A stretch of DNA of 63,758 nucleotides, counting the filler, from Thraustochytrium aureum (taxonomy: Eukaryota): assembly GCA_012862495.1 (NCBI GenBank). It is 7 parts of 6 records of this genome, joined end to end, with 100 filler letters (N's around TTAATTAATTAA, not from the genome) between each part and the next. Parts side by side here need not be neighbours in the genome. Positions count along the whole stretch, not along the records: positions 1 to 12,723 come from BLSG01000029.1; 6 more parts are not named here. The stretch is one strand, 5' to 3'. The notes beneath the pieces are model-generated. The model ran no database searches, was not told the DNA's origin, and saw only the letters and a list, made by a program, of their open reading frames with translations. Position numbers and translations under genes: made by a program. Below are positions 1 to 10,256 of this stretch, one piece after another; within the stretch, counting starts at the first letter, position 1, and each line of letters begins with the position of its first letter.

Positions 1-786
1 CCTGCCCGAGAGTGCGCGCGCGAGTGCCCGCTCGAGGCAGGGCGCCGAGGGCTTCCGTTGGCGGCGCCTGCGCTTGCGCCGCGTTTGCGAGCGAGTCTGG
101 CTCGCTCAAGTTGCAGCAACTCGAGTTGCAACTCAAGAGCTTGCAGGTTCATGATTCTGCGGCGCCGCGCGGCGACTGGAAGCGGACGTCGCGTACGGCT
201 CCGTGCGAGCCCGAGTCTGCCTCCAGCGAGCCGAGACGGCGCTGCAGTTGACGAGCGACACTGGCAGAATACGTGTCTCAGGAGTGGGGTTGACGACAAC
301 GCCGCCCCTCCAGCTGCCGGGAATGTACTCGTGCACGTACCTGAGCATTGCTGGCCCAGGCCGCTACGGTACCGGGCCAGGACGCCAACGGCCTGGTCGG
401 CGCGAGCCACTGCCACAGGCCTCGATCATTTCCGAGGTCGGGCTGTTTGTCTGTCATCCTTGTTCGCGTCCATGACGAGGTCGAACTTGAGGAGCCCAGA
501 CGCCCAACACGCCGGCCCTGGACGAGCAGCAGCAGCAGCAGCAGGAGCAGGAGCAGCGTTGGTAGATCTGCCGCTGGCGGCTCGGACGAGCAGGGACCGG
601 AGCGGTTGACTTGCGCGGCGCAGGGGCTGCGATCCGGCGAGGGTCGGCCTGGCAAAAGGTGCTCCGGCGCGAACAAGGATGGGGCTGACTTACTTCAAAG
701 TGTTTGTGTGAGTTGTGCTGGGCGAAGGGCGCAGCGGGGCGAGCCGGGCCCGGCGTGGTGAGTGAGCGAGCTTGCAGCTGACAGTG

Positions 787-1227
787 ATGGTGGCGGCGGC
801 TTTGACCAGGTGGGTGATGTTCCCTCCGCCCGTGATCCTGATGGCGCTGCTTTTGCTGCCTCTGCCGATCACGTTGAAGAACTACGTCGTGCGCCTGTGC
901 GACGCGGTGTTTGGGATCCGTCCGCATCCGTACGTAAACTTGACGCTGTTTTGGGTCTTCGTAGGCGTCTCGGCGGTCACGGCCGGCCTCAGCGCGCAGA
1001 GCATGTTCGAGCGCCACGAGGTCTACGCGTCCGTCAAGCACGCCGGCGGGAACACGGCTGACGCGCTGATCAAGCTGCTCGCCGCGGAGCGCAACCTGTG
1101 GCTCGCGACGTGCGCCTGCGCGGCTTGGCTGGTCTTGGACCGGTACTGCGCCCTCCTCAAGCACGCCAACGTCCTCGAGGCGCGGTTGGATAGCATTGCG
1201 TCCGAAGAGAGCAAGAAGACCAAGTGA
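787..1227 (+). CDS. BAP29/BAP31-like ER membrane protein
   Basis: Three hydrophobic segments, the motif KLLAAERNLWL (cf. BAP31 family xxRAQRNLY), a short coiled coil and the C-terminal dilysine ER-retrieval signal KKTK. Start placed at the first ATG (787). Confidence 0.7.
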   Translation: MVAAALTRWVMFPPPVILMALLLLPLPITLKNYVVRLCDAVFGIRPHPYVNLTLFWVFVGVSAVTAGLSAQSMFERHEVYASVKHAGGNTADALIKLLAAERNLWLATCACAAWLVLDRYCALLKHANVLEARLDSIASEESKKTK

Positions 1228-1974
1228 TTGCTTTCGCGCTGGCCGTCGTCGCAGTGGGGCCTCCGCGCGCCGCCTACAGACAACAGGAATGGGGGCAGGC
1301 GTGGGCCTGGCTTCGTGAGCCGCCCCTGCGCCCGCCGCGTCGCTCTACTACCCACATAGAGTAAGTAGAGTGCCATTCATCTTGCAAGAAACAAGGAAAG
1401 ACGCACAGATTAGCGAAACGCACCCGAAGCCTTGTCTCAGGCCAGCCCCGGTACCGCCAGAACGCGGCCAGTCGAGCGACTGCAGCGCAGCCGCGCAACC
1501 TCAACACGAAACGAGCACTCGAGGCGCCCAGCGTCCCGCGCGCCGCGAGAAGTTCTGCTCGGGCAGACAGAACCACACCATGCGCGTCGCCGCCTCGTCA
1601 CCACTCTCCCCGCGTGACGTAGATGGCGCGTCCAAAACGCGCAGGCCACTCGCGTCGCCCTGCGCGATCCGCGCCGCGGCGCAAGGCGGCGGCCAGGGCA
1701 GAGTGCCGGGGCTGGTGCACGCCTCGACGCACCAACGAAAAGACCTCGTGCGGCCCTTGGCTTGAAATGACCAGAGCGTCAACAACCATCCAGAGCCCCA
1801 GCCGCCCGCGAACGCGCGCAGGAGACGCTGCAGCAGCAAGCAAGAAAGGCCGAGCGCGCCTCGACGGACGCGCACGGACGCCCGGCGCCGTGCTCGCGTG
1901 CTGTGGCGCCAGGGACGCCCGCGACGCAGGCGTGCAGCCGCGCGGTGCCACCGCCGGAGTGGAACGGTCTTGAC

Positions 1975-2030
1975 GACAGACTGACAGACTGACTGGCTGA
2001 CTGACTGAGTCAGACAGGCAGGCAGGCAAG
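1975..2030. repeat. (GACT)n/(GGCA)n compound microsatellite upstream of the heme lyase gene
   Basis: Imperfect tetranucleotide runs gactgactggctgactgactgag and caggcaggcaggca are directly visible. Confidence 0.75.
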
Positions 2031-2112
2031 TAGGTCGAGGAGGTGTGGGTCTGCTGCCAGGGACGCGGCGCGGTGGAAGGTCGCGCTCGCCTGTCGAAGG
2101 AGGAGAAAGACC

Positions 2113-3384
2113 ATGGGCGCGAGCAACTCGGCCCAAAGCGGCCAACAAGCCGCACAAGGCGCGCCCCAAGGCGGGTGCCCCGTCAAGCATGACGCTGGCA
2201 AGGCCGCAGAGCAGCCGCAGGGCGGATGCCCCGTCAAGCACGATGCGCCAGCTGCGCCAGCTGCGCCAGCTGCGCCAGCTGCGCCAGCTGCGCCAGCTGC
2301 GCCCGCGGGCGGCTGCCCAGTGAAACACGGCGAGGGCAAGCCTGGGCAGCAGTACAACGTGTACGCGCAGCCGATCGACCCGACCAACCAGATGCCTTTC
2401 AACCCAAACCAGTTGCCTGCCCCGGGGCAGACCAAGGCGCTCTCCACGGAGCGCGTCAAGAGCTTCATCCCCAAGGGCGGCACCGAGGCGGAGACCTGGC
2501 AGTACCCGTCGCCGCAGATGTTCTACAACGCGCTGATGCGCAAAGGCAAGGGCGACGACGTGGACGTAGACGAGGTTGAGACCATTGTCGCCGTGCACAA
2601 CAACATGAACGAGCGCGCTTGGAACCTGGTGGTCAACTGGGAGCGCGCACTCCACGGGGACGAGTTTGCCAAGAGCAACGGCGTGCGGCTCTCCCGCTTC
2701 ATGGGCCGTCCGGACGACATTTCGCCGATGGCCTGGTTCAAGTCGACGTTCATGGGCTACCCCAAGCCGTTTGACCGCCACGACTGGGTCGTTGACCGCG
2801 CTGGCAAGGAGGTGCGGTACGTGATTGACTTTTACTATGACGACGACAAGTCGGCGCAGGACGAGAAGCCCGCGCTGCACGACGTCAGGTCCATCAAGTC
2901 GATCTCGATGGACGCGCGCCCTGCCGTGGACTCGCTCGAGAGCGTCATCGACCGCATCAAGTACCCGGTGCTCGAGCGCCTCGGCAAGTTGCCGGTGGTG
3001 GACCTGCCGGACAACGCCGGCGGCATCAAAGTGGGACAGAAGCAGGCGCCTGGGGACGCGGCGGCCAAACAGGCAGAGCCGACCAGCTTTGAGAACGTTT
3101 CGCCAGAGCGCTTGGGCGAGCTCGGGGCCTCCATTGGGACGCGCTGCTCGTCGTGCTTTGAGACGATGAACACGTGCAGCACCGAGTCTGACTGCCAGCG
3201 TGCCAGCGTTGCTCTTACGCACTGCATGGCCTCGCTCGTGTGCCCGCCCGAGGCAGAGGCCTACGCCGCCAACGTGACGAGCGAGCCCGCGTTTGACGGC
3301 ATGGTGGCCTGCATGGGTCGGTTCGAGAAGGCCGCTCTCGATCTGCGCGCGAAGCGCACCGCTGCCGCCACCGCGCAAAACTGA
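2113..3384 (+). CDS. HCCS: Holocytochrome c synthase (cytochrome c/c1 heme lyase) with a Cys-rich C-terminal extension
   Basis: Three CPV heme-regulatory motifs (GGCPVKH). Family motifs LSTERVKSFIP, WQYPSPQMFYNALMRKG, VAVHNNMNERAW, PFDRHDWVVDR, VRYVIDFY and DARPAVDS are present. Confidence 0.95.
   Translation: MGASNSAQSGQQAAQGAPQGGCPVKHDAGKAAEQPQGGCPVKHDAPAAPAAPAAPAAPAAPAAPAGGCPVKHGEGKPGQQYNVYAQPIDPTNQMPFNPNQLPAPGQTKALSTERVKSFIPKGGTEAETWQYPSPQMFYNALMRKGKGDDVDVDEVETIVAVHNNMNERAWNLVVNWERALHGDEFAKSNGVRLSRFMGRPDDISPMAWFKSTFMGYPKPFDRHDWVVDRAGKEVRYVIDFYYDDDKSAQDEKPALHDVRSIKSISMDARPAVDSLESVIDRIKYPVLERLGKLPVVDLPDNAGGIKVGQKQAPGDAAAKQAEPTSFENVSPERLGELGASIGTRCSSCFETMNTCSTESDCQRASVALTHCMASLVCPPEAEAYAANVTSEPAFDGMVACMGRFEKAALDLRAKRTAAATAQN
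2245..2302 (+). repeat. 9-bp coding tandem repeat (GCGCCAGCT) encoding a (PAA)n linker
   Basis: About six direct copies between the second and third CPV motifs. Confidence 0.9.
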
Positions 3385-3490
3385 TACCGCCAGCAACGCA
3401 CTGCATAATTGAATTGATTGTCCCAGGGGTTTTCGAAAGCCTGCGCTCCGCACCGTGAGACGCACTGCCTCTAGCTAGCTAGAAGGCTTG

Positions 3491-3575
3491 CTTGCGCCGG
3501 AGGAAGGCTTGCGCCGGAGGAAGGCTTGCGCCGGAGGAAGACTTGCGCCGGAGGAAGGCTTGCGCCGGAGGAAGG
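3491..3575. repeat. 17-bp minisatellite (CTTGCGCCGGAGGAAGG) x5
   Basis: Five head-to-tail units starting at 3491, 3508, 3525, 3542 and 3559, with one G>A variant and no spacers. Confidence 0.95.
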
Positions 3576-5910
3576 CTCGCTCGGACCAGCGCACGACCTG
3601 TGCAAGCAAAAACCTCTTCGCCGAGCGCTCGCAAGCGGCGCGACCATGGATGGCTCAGCCGCGCAAGGCAAAACAGACTGCAACAGCAATCGCAAGTCTT
3701 CCCCGAACGACGGAAGCGAGCTCGCTGGAAAGAAAGAAAACCCACGCACCCTTGAACGCCCGCCCCCGCCCGCTCTGCCACGTGGAGGGCTCGGAGCAAA
3801 CTGACAGTGGCGTGGCGCCCTGCGTGCGCATACTTGACCTCGCGCGACCCGACTCGGAGGAGGCCCCACGCGCATGCACGCGATTCATGCATGCCACCTC
3901 GGAGCTTCTCCCCTCCACCGGCCCCTGACGAATCGCCCGAGTGCACGTCCACTCCGTGACCGCGGCGCCACGCGATGAACGAGTGTGCATGAACTCGTCA
4001 ACAACCCGACTTCCAGCGGCGTAAGTCGACGTCGAAGATCCCGCCAGCCAGCCAGCCAGCCGCGCGAACCCAGCGTCGCGCGCAGGCAGCCAGGCGGGCA
4101 TCCACCAAGCCTGTCGGGCGCCCACCGCTTCGCCAGGCGGCGAGTAGCCGAGTCGCTGGACCGTCCATCGCGCCAGCGGCGAGCAGCGCGCATCTCAATC
4201 ACGAGGAAAAAAGGAAGGCCTGTGCATCGGCGAAAAACGCGACGAGACGCGCTTGCACACGGGCGCGAGCGAGCGAGTTGCGCAGCAGACCGCTAGCGAG
4301 TCCGTGGCGCGCNNNNNNNNNNNNNNNNNNNNNNNNNNNNNNNNNNNNNNNNNNNNNNNNNNNNNNNNNNNNNNNNNNNNNNNNNNNNNNNNNNNNNNNN
4401 NNNNNNNNNNNNNNNNNNNNNNNNNNNNNNNNNNNNNNNNNNNNNNNNNNNNNNNNNNNNNNNNNNNNNNNNNNNNNNNNNNNNNNNNNNNNNNNNNNNN
4501 NNNNNNNNNNNNNNNNNNNNNNNNNNNNNNNNNNNNNNNNNNNNNNNNNNNNNNNNNNNNNNNNNNNNNNNNNNNNNNNNNNNNNNNNNNNNNNNNNNNN
4601 NNNNNNNNNNNNNNNNNNNNNNNNNNNNNNNNNNNNNNNNNNNNNNNNNNNNNNNNNNNNNNNNNNNNNNNNNNNNNNNNNNNNNNNNNNNNNNNNNNNN
4701 NNNNNNNNNNNNNNNNNNNNNNNNNNNNNNNNNNNNNNNNNNNNNNNNNNNNNNNNNNNNNNNNNNNNNNNNNNNNNNNNNNNNNNNNNNNNNNNNNNNN
4801 NNNNNNNNNNNNNNNNNNNNNNNNNNNNNNNNNNNNNNNNNNNNNNNNNNNNNNNNNNNNNNNNNNNNNNNNNNNNNNNNNNNNNNNNNNNNNNNNNNNN
4901 NNNNNNNNNNNNNNNNNNNNNNNNNNNNNNNNNNNNNNNNNNNNNNNNNNNNNNNNNNNNNNNNNNNNNNNNNNNNNNNNNNNNNNNNNNNNNNNNNNNN
5001 NNNNNNNNNNNNNNNNNNNNNNNNNNNNNNNNNNNNNNNNNNNNNNNNNNNNNNNNNNNNNNNNNNNNNNNNNNNNNNNNNNNNNNNNNNNNNNNNNNNN
5101 NNNNNNNNNNNNNNNNNNNNNNNNNNNNNNNNNNNNNNNNNNNNNNNNNNNNNNNNNNNNNNNNNNNNNNNNNNNNNNNNNNNNNNNNNNNNNNNNNNNN
5201 NNNNNNNNNNNNNNNNNNNNNNNNNNNNNNNNNNNNNNNNNNNNNNNNNNNNNNNNNNNNNNNNNNNNNNNNNNNNNNNNNAAATGGTTTTCGTCGGTGC
5301 TACATCAGCATTGGCATTCATTCCATGCAATGACGGAAGCTGCCTGCAAGGGTTGGTGGAAGTATGGCCTCGGTCAGTGCTTCGTTTTCCTGGAGTTGCT
5401 CTCGCCACGCGATACATTGGGTGTCCGTTGAACTCGTGGGAGCCTCCTTTGCTCTGCACAGGACACGAGCCTTGCCGTGCAGCGCCCCGCGTCCTTGGCG
5501 GGGCAACGGAAGCGCCGAGCTACCGCCTGCCCGACTTGACGGACGGAGTACGACGCACACCATAGTGCTGCATGGCGTGGCGTGGCAAGGCGCGGCAGGT
5601 GGGCAGTGCTCACTAGAAGTTGGCCCAATTCAACGGATTCTCGCCCAACGCAAGAGCGAGTCACCTCCTCGTCACTTGCTCACTTGTTCCGCCAAATGGG
5701 GTCTGAAGGCCAAAGCTCGAGCTTGGCTTGTTTTCTTCCACAAGTGTAGCTTTTGGTTCGTGGTTCGCGTCACCACCAATGTCCGTTTCGCCGGAATCGG
5801 CCAGGCCCTCGCAGTCAGTCCTGCAAGTGTCATCTTGTCCCCGCTGAGCCGCGCGAGGAGGCAGTGCGGGCAAGGCGCGCAAAAGCACAAGCGGGCGAAC
5901 CGAACTGGCC

Positions 5911-7329
5911 ATGGCGAGCCCGGCCGGCGGCGGCTCGGACCAACTCGACAATGCTGCGGTCGAGTGGGTGCTGCTCAGCGCCATCAACGTGTTCATGATG
6001 CAAATCGGGTTTGCTCTGCTGGAAAGCGGATCCGTGCACCAGCGGCACAAGAAGAGCATCTTGACCAAAAATTTGATGGATGCCTGCGTAGCCGCAGTCA
6101 TCTGGTACTTTGTCGGGTACGGCGTGGAGCACGGCGTGGAGCAGGCGCTCCAGGACGGGGCTTTCGCGCCAACATCAGACGCGCACTTACTGAGACTCTT
6201 CTTGTCGTACGTTTTCGCGGCGACGGCGACCACGATCGTGTCTGGAGCTTGCCTCGCGCGAATGAAGCTCTCGGCCTACATGGTCCTCGCCTGCATCGTC
6301 GTCGGGGTCCTGTACCCGACGCTCTCCTTCCTGGTCTGGTCGGAGCATGGACCTCTCAAGGGCGTCTTGCTGGACGACGCTGGTGGCATGGTCGTGCATT
6401 GCTTCGGTGGCTGCGTTGCCTTCGTCGCCGCCGTCTTTGTCGGGCCTCGTGCTGATCGGTTCACAGAAAATCGGGAGACAACGACGAGCCTGGCAGGTCG
6501 GCGCATTGTCGATGGTGTTCAAGAGGTTATCGGAGCCAATGCAATGGAGCAGACCCTTGGAGGGATGCTCCTCTTTGTTTCTTGGTTCAGCTTCAACAGT
6601 GTCGCCGCCGTAGGGCTCGACGCCAACGCCTCATTTGGCGCAGGAATCCGCGCTTGCGTCAACACGCTCCTCGCCGCGTCCTGCTCGGCGATCTTCTGTC
6701 TTTTCTACTTACGCAAAGCCAAAGGGTATTACCAGCTCGACTCGGCAATCAATTGCCTGCTGGCGGGCTGCGTCAGCGTCACGAGTTCTTGCGCGCACAT
6801 CGACCCTTGGGCGGCTTGCATCGTCGGGGTTCTCGCGGGAGCAAGCACGCTTTGGACATACAGCAAGTTGCTCTACACTTTGCGAATTGATGACCCGCTC
6901 TGGGCAAGCTCTGTTCATGGGTCGGCCGGATTTCTCGGCTCGGTCATGTTGGGCGTCTTCCACCGAGACAAAGGCCTCGTCACAGGCAGCGCGGACCTGC
7001 TCTTGCGTCAGCTCTGGAGCTCGCTCGGGGTTGTGTTCGGCACGCTCGTTGCGAGCGCAATAGTCTTGTCTCTGCTCCGAGTCGCGTTCGGCTCGCTGAG
7101 CTGCAGCGTCGAGGACCAGACGCTCGGACTCGACTTTACATACCACGACGGTCGCCGACTGGACGACCTCAACCTCCAAGAGCTCGCAGAGTTTCGCGCC
7201 GCCAAGGCAGCGTTGCAAGTCATCAGGGAGAGGCGCCTTGCAAAGCTAAGGAGCCGATGGTTCAAACTGTTTCCGGAGCGACGGCCGAGTCAGATTTACG
7301 CGGCCAGTGCCGATGCTGTTGAGCCCTGA
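5911..7329 (+). CDS. AMT: Ammonium transporter (Amt/Mep/Rh family)
   Basis: Motifs FMMQIGFALLESG, KNLMDAC, FAATATTIVSGA, AGGMVVH (first twin His), WFSFN, NCLLAGCVSVT, IDDPL and SVHG (second twin His); about 11 hydrophobic segments. Confidence 0.95.
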   Translation: MASPAGGGSDQLDNAAVEWVLLSAINVFMMQIGFALLESGSVHQRHKKSILTKNLMDACVAAVIWYFVGYGVEHGVEQALQDGAFAPTSDAHLLRLFLSYVFAATATTIVSGACLARMKLSAYMVLACIVVGVLYPTLSFLVWSEHGPLKGVLLDDAGGMVVHCFGGCVAFVAAVFVGPRADRFTENRETTTSLAGRRIVDGVQEVIGANAMEQTLGGMLLFVSWFSFNSVAAVGLDANASFGAGIRACVNTLLAASCSAIFCLFYLRKAKGYYQLDSAINCLLAGCVSVTSSCAHIDPWAACIVGVLAGASTLWTYSKLLYTLRIDDPLWASSVHGSAGFLGSVMLGVFHRDKGLVTGSADLLLRQLWSSLGVVFGTLVASAIVLSLLRVAFGSLSCSVEDQTLGLDFTYHDGRRLDDLNLQELAEFRAAKAALQVIRERRLAKLRSRWFKLFPERRPSQIYAASADAVEP

Positions 7330-7970
7330 AACTGGCGCGCAAGCCCGCACCTCAACGCAGCACAGCTCGCTCGTGTGCAAGCTGCGCGACGCTGGAAAAC
7401 GCGGCAGCCCGAGGGACGTCGACGGACCTGCCGGCCGCATCCATGGACTGCACAGCATCTACAGCCTCTCGCTCAAGCTAGCCGGAGAGCACGCCGGGAG
7501 CTTTACTTTCCTCTCGAGGACGCCTCGGCCCACAAACACAAGCGAGACCTGACTCGCTCCTCAGCGGCTGGCAGAGCAGCCGCGGTAACGACGCGGAATC
7601 CTCTTGGGCAACATCCATTCCAGTCTCCATGAGGCGCATCGCATCGTTTCCGTTTTCGTTTCGTTTTCGAGTCCTGCATGTCCTGCGTGTCCTCGTTTCT
7701 GGCGGAACGCGAACGAACGGCAATTGTTCCTTGCGCACGCGAGTTGAAACGCAGGTGGGTTTTCTTTCTGTCACCATTCCAAACCGCGTTCGCCGTTGCT
7801 TGCCCGCGGACACCGGTGGCGACGGACTGGAGGCGCAAGCTGTCTCGACGCTCGGTCGCTCGGTCGCTCGCTCGCTCGCGCGCGCACGAGCACCGCCGCT
7901 GTCGGTCTCCGCCTGCGCACTTGCGACGACGGCGCGCGAGCTTCCTCGGTTTTTGGTTGTGGACGACAAG

Positions 7971-9990
7971 ATGCTCGGCCGCGCGGGCCGCCACCTCGAC
8001 GTCGTTGACGAGCTTGAATCAGCAAAGGATGGGACGCAGGCGAAGGCGCTCGAGACGCAGCGGCGGCGAAACGCGTTTGCAGCGCTCGCAGGACTCGTGG
8101 TTGTGGCGTGGCTCGGTTGGACGTGGTACCATATTCTTCGCATTCAAGAGCACCGTGAAGCTCCCGAAGAGGCACTCGAAGAGGTTCCCAGCGACACCGC
8201 CGTCGAGGAATACTTTGTGACCGAGCCAAGGGCAGCGGAGGCTTTGCTCAACTTGGACAAGCTCACAAACCTGCCTGGATACAAGATCTCCGACAGGATG
8301 AAAAAAATACGTCGTCCACCCAGAGCTACCGCCTGACGGACGCGGTGGAAACGCCGCACGCGAATTTCAGATGGACTTTCTCAGCTTGGAGCTCGCGAAA
8401 ACGCGCACGAAGCACTCCAAGACGAAACTCACAAACGCAGGTGGGTGCTCACACCGCGGCCCTCGCGGCCCAGCCGCCGTGTCCCCAAATGGGGCAAAGG
8501 TGGAACACGCTGTGCTCGCGTCGCTTGGGGAGAGCCTCGCCGAGCGCGTGAGCGCGCACGTGTCTCGCACCAAAGGGGCGCGTTTGCTGTCGCCGCAGCA
8601 GCACGATCTCTGCTCTTGGGACCCGACCATCTTTCTGCCGAGCCTGCCGAGTTTCTCCAGAGTGCGCCAGAACGATCTAAACGCGGAATCGGACCACACC
8701 ACGTCAGCCTACCTGTTCCACGACGTCTGCGTGACATGGAACATCGACTCGTCCAAGCAGGCCCAGCGCGCTCTGGTAATCGTAGACCCCACCAACGACT
8801 CGAAGCTGCGCTGCACACCGTGCCCGAACCCCCAGACCAACTACGAATGGGGAACCAACCGCTGTGGGATGATGTGGACGCACCAGAGCAACGTCAAGTC
8901 CCTCGCCGACTACCAAACCTGCTACGATGCTTCCAGGCGAAACCTGGCAGCTAGTGGCCAGCGGCAGATTCCGGGCGACCGCGGCTTTGGCGGCCACGAC
9001 CACGCAGTGCGCGCGGTGGTCTACTACGACCGGCCCTCGCTCTTGCTGCAGTACACCAAGAACAACCCGGGCCACCAGCTTTGGGACTCGCTGTTCTCGC
9101 TGCTCCCGCTTCTCAAGAGCCAGGACGTCCACCGCATCAAGTACTTCGACTTGGTCGCCGCACACCAGGCTCCGCAGTGCAGTGACGAGATCTGGATATG
9201 CAACATCCTTCGGAAAATCGGGGCCCTCGGCGAGCCAGGGCTGGGGCCAGCGCGGACCGATCGGGGGCCCGAGCTGATCGACACCTTTCCGGGCGTTTTG
9301 ACCTGCTTCTCCGAGCTCATCGTGCCGGTGCAGGGGTGGAACCACGTCAACGAGCACTCGTCGCGAGACCTGCTCGACTGGCTCCGCGACAAGGTTAGCG
9401 CTGCCTACGGGCTGCGAAAGCACATCATGAATGCGGCGGAGGCGATAGCGATGACAAGCGCCCTCGCTGGGTCCGGCGCTGGCAGAGGCGGCGCAGCTCC
9501 AAATTTGTCGTATCGCGCCCTCCTCTACGCCCACGACACTGTCGGGGAGGCTGGGCGGCGGCGCGCGTGGGTCGACGTCAAGGACTTCATGGCAGACGCG
9601 CTCACCAAGGCACCGGAGCTGGACGTCAAGTTCATCCCCGACTTTGCCAAGGTTGGCGTCGAGGCCCAGGCGAACGCCTTTCACGAAGCTGACTTGGTCC
9701 TCATGCCGCATGGGGGCCAGTTTGGCAATGTCATTTTCATGAGGCGAAACGCGGTTGCTGTGGAGCTCACTTGCGGCGGGTACTCGCACCTCGCCACTGG
9801 AGAAGGGGCCATGGCGCGCAACCTGCAGATTTACCACATCGTGGAGCGGCCGTGCGACTGCGATGCGCGCAACGACAAGGGCAACTTTCGCTACTCGATT
9901 GACAGCTTGCGTCGGCTCATGAAGTGGGTTGAAGCGAATGTGGCTGCGCACCAGTATGGGACCTACAGGGTCAATTCGCTCTGCCCCTAG
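7971..9990 (+). CDS. Glycosyltransferase family 61 (DUF563-like) type II membrane protein, split by a homopolymer frameshift at 8301-8307
   Basis: The catalytic part has NPGHQLWDSL, QANAFHEADLVLMPHGGQFGNVIFM and AVELT, typical of GT61. ORF 7971-8336 supplies the missing N-terminal TM anchor. Reading the A7 run at 8301-8307 as A6 joins the two frames (MKKYVVHPELP...EFQMDFL). Confidence 0.8.
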
Positions 9991-10256
9991 GGCTAGCTCT
10001 AAAGAGCAATTGCGCGGGCTGGGGAGGACCGTGCAACATTCTTGGAATGTCGCACCAACCAGAGTGCTTAGAAACGAGGGGAAATCAGCACCTGGGCAAG
10101 CAAGCAGTTGACTGACTGCTGAGCACGCATGAAACAAACAAAGTCTAATTCGTTTCTTTTGGCGGGTTGCGACCGAGCGCGGAGGGCGCCGTCGATCCTA
10201 CCTACCGCGCTCGAGCTTGCAAGTCTAGCCGACTCGTGTCGGTCAGCTGCGCCGGG

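Noticed and set aside
133..676. Possible secreted protein on the minus strand with a poly-Leu signal peptide
   Set aside because: The poly-Leu comes from an (AGC)n microsatellite, the frames are short and discontinuous, and no motif supports a gene.
1501..3465. Long antisense ORFs (this one, 8704-10137, 14510-15670, 39326-41659, 49188-51686 and similar)
   Set aside because: Shadow frames of GC3-rich genes on the opposite strand, with Arg/Ser/Ala-rich composition and no motifs.
3491..3575. CRISPR-like array
   Set aside because: The units abut with no unique spacers, no cas genes are present and the context is eukaryotic; it is a plain minisatellite.
4253..5459. ORFs spanning N gaps
   Set aside because: Their length comes from X residues; the flanking segments show no recognisable protein.
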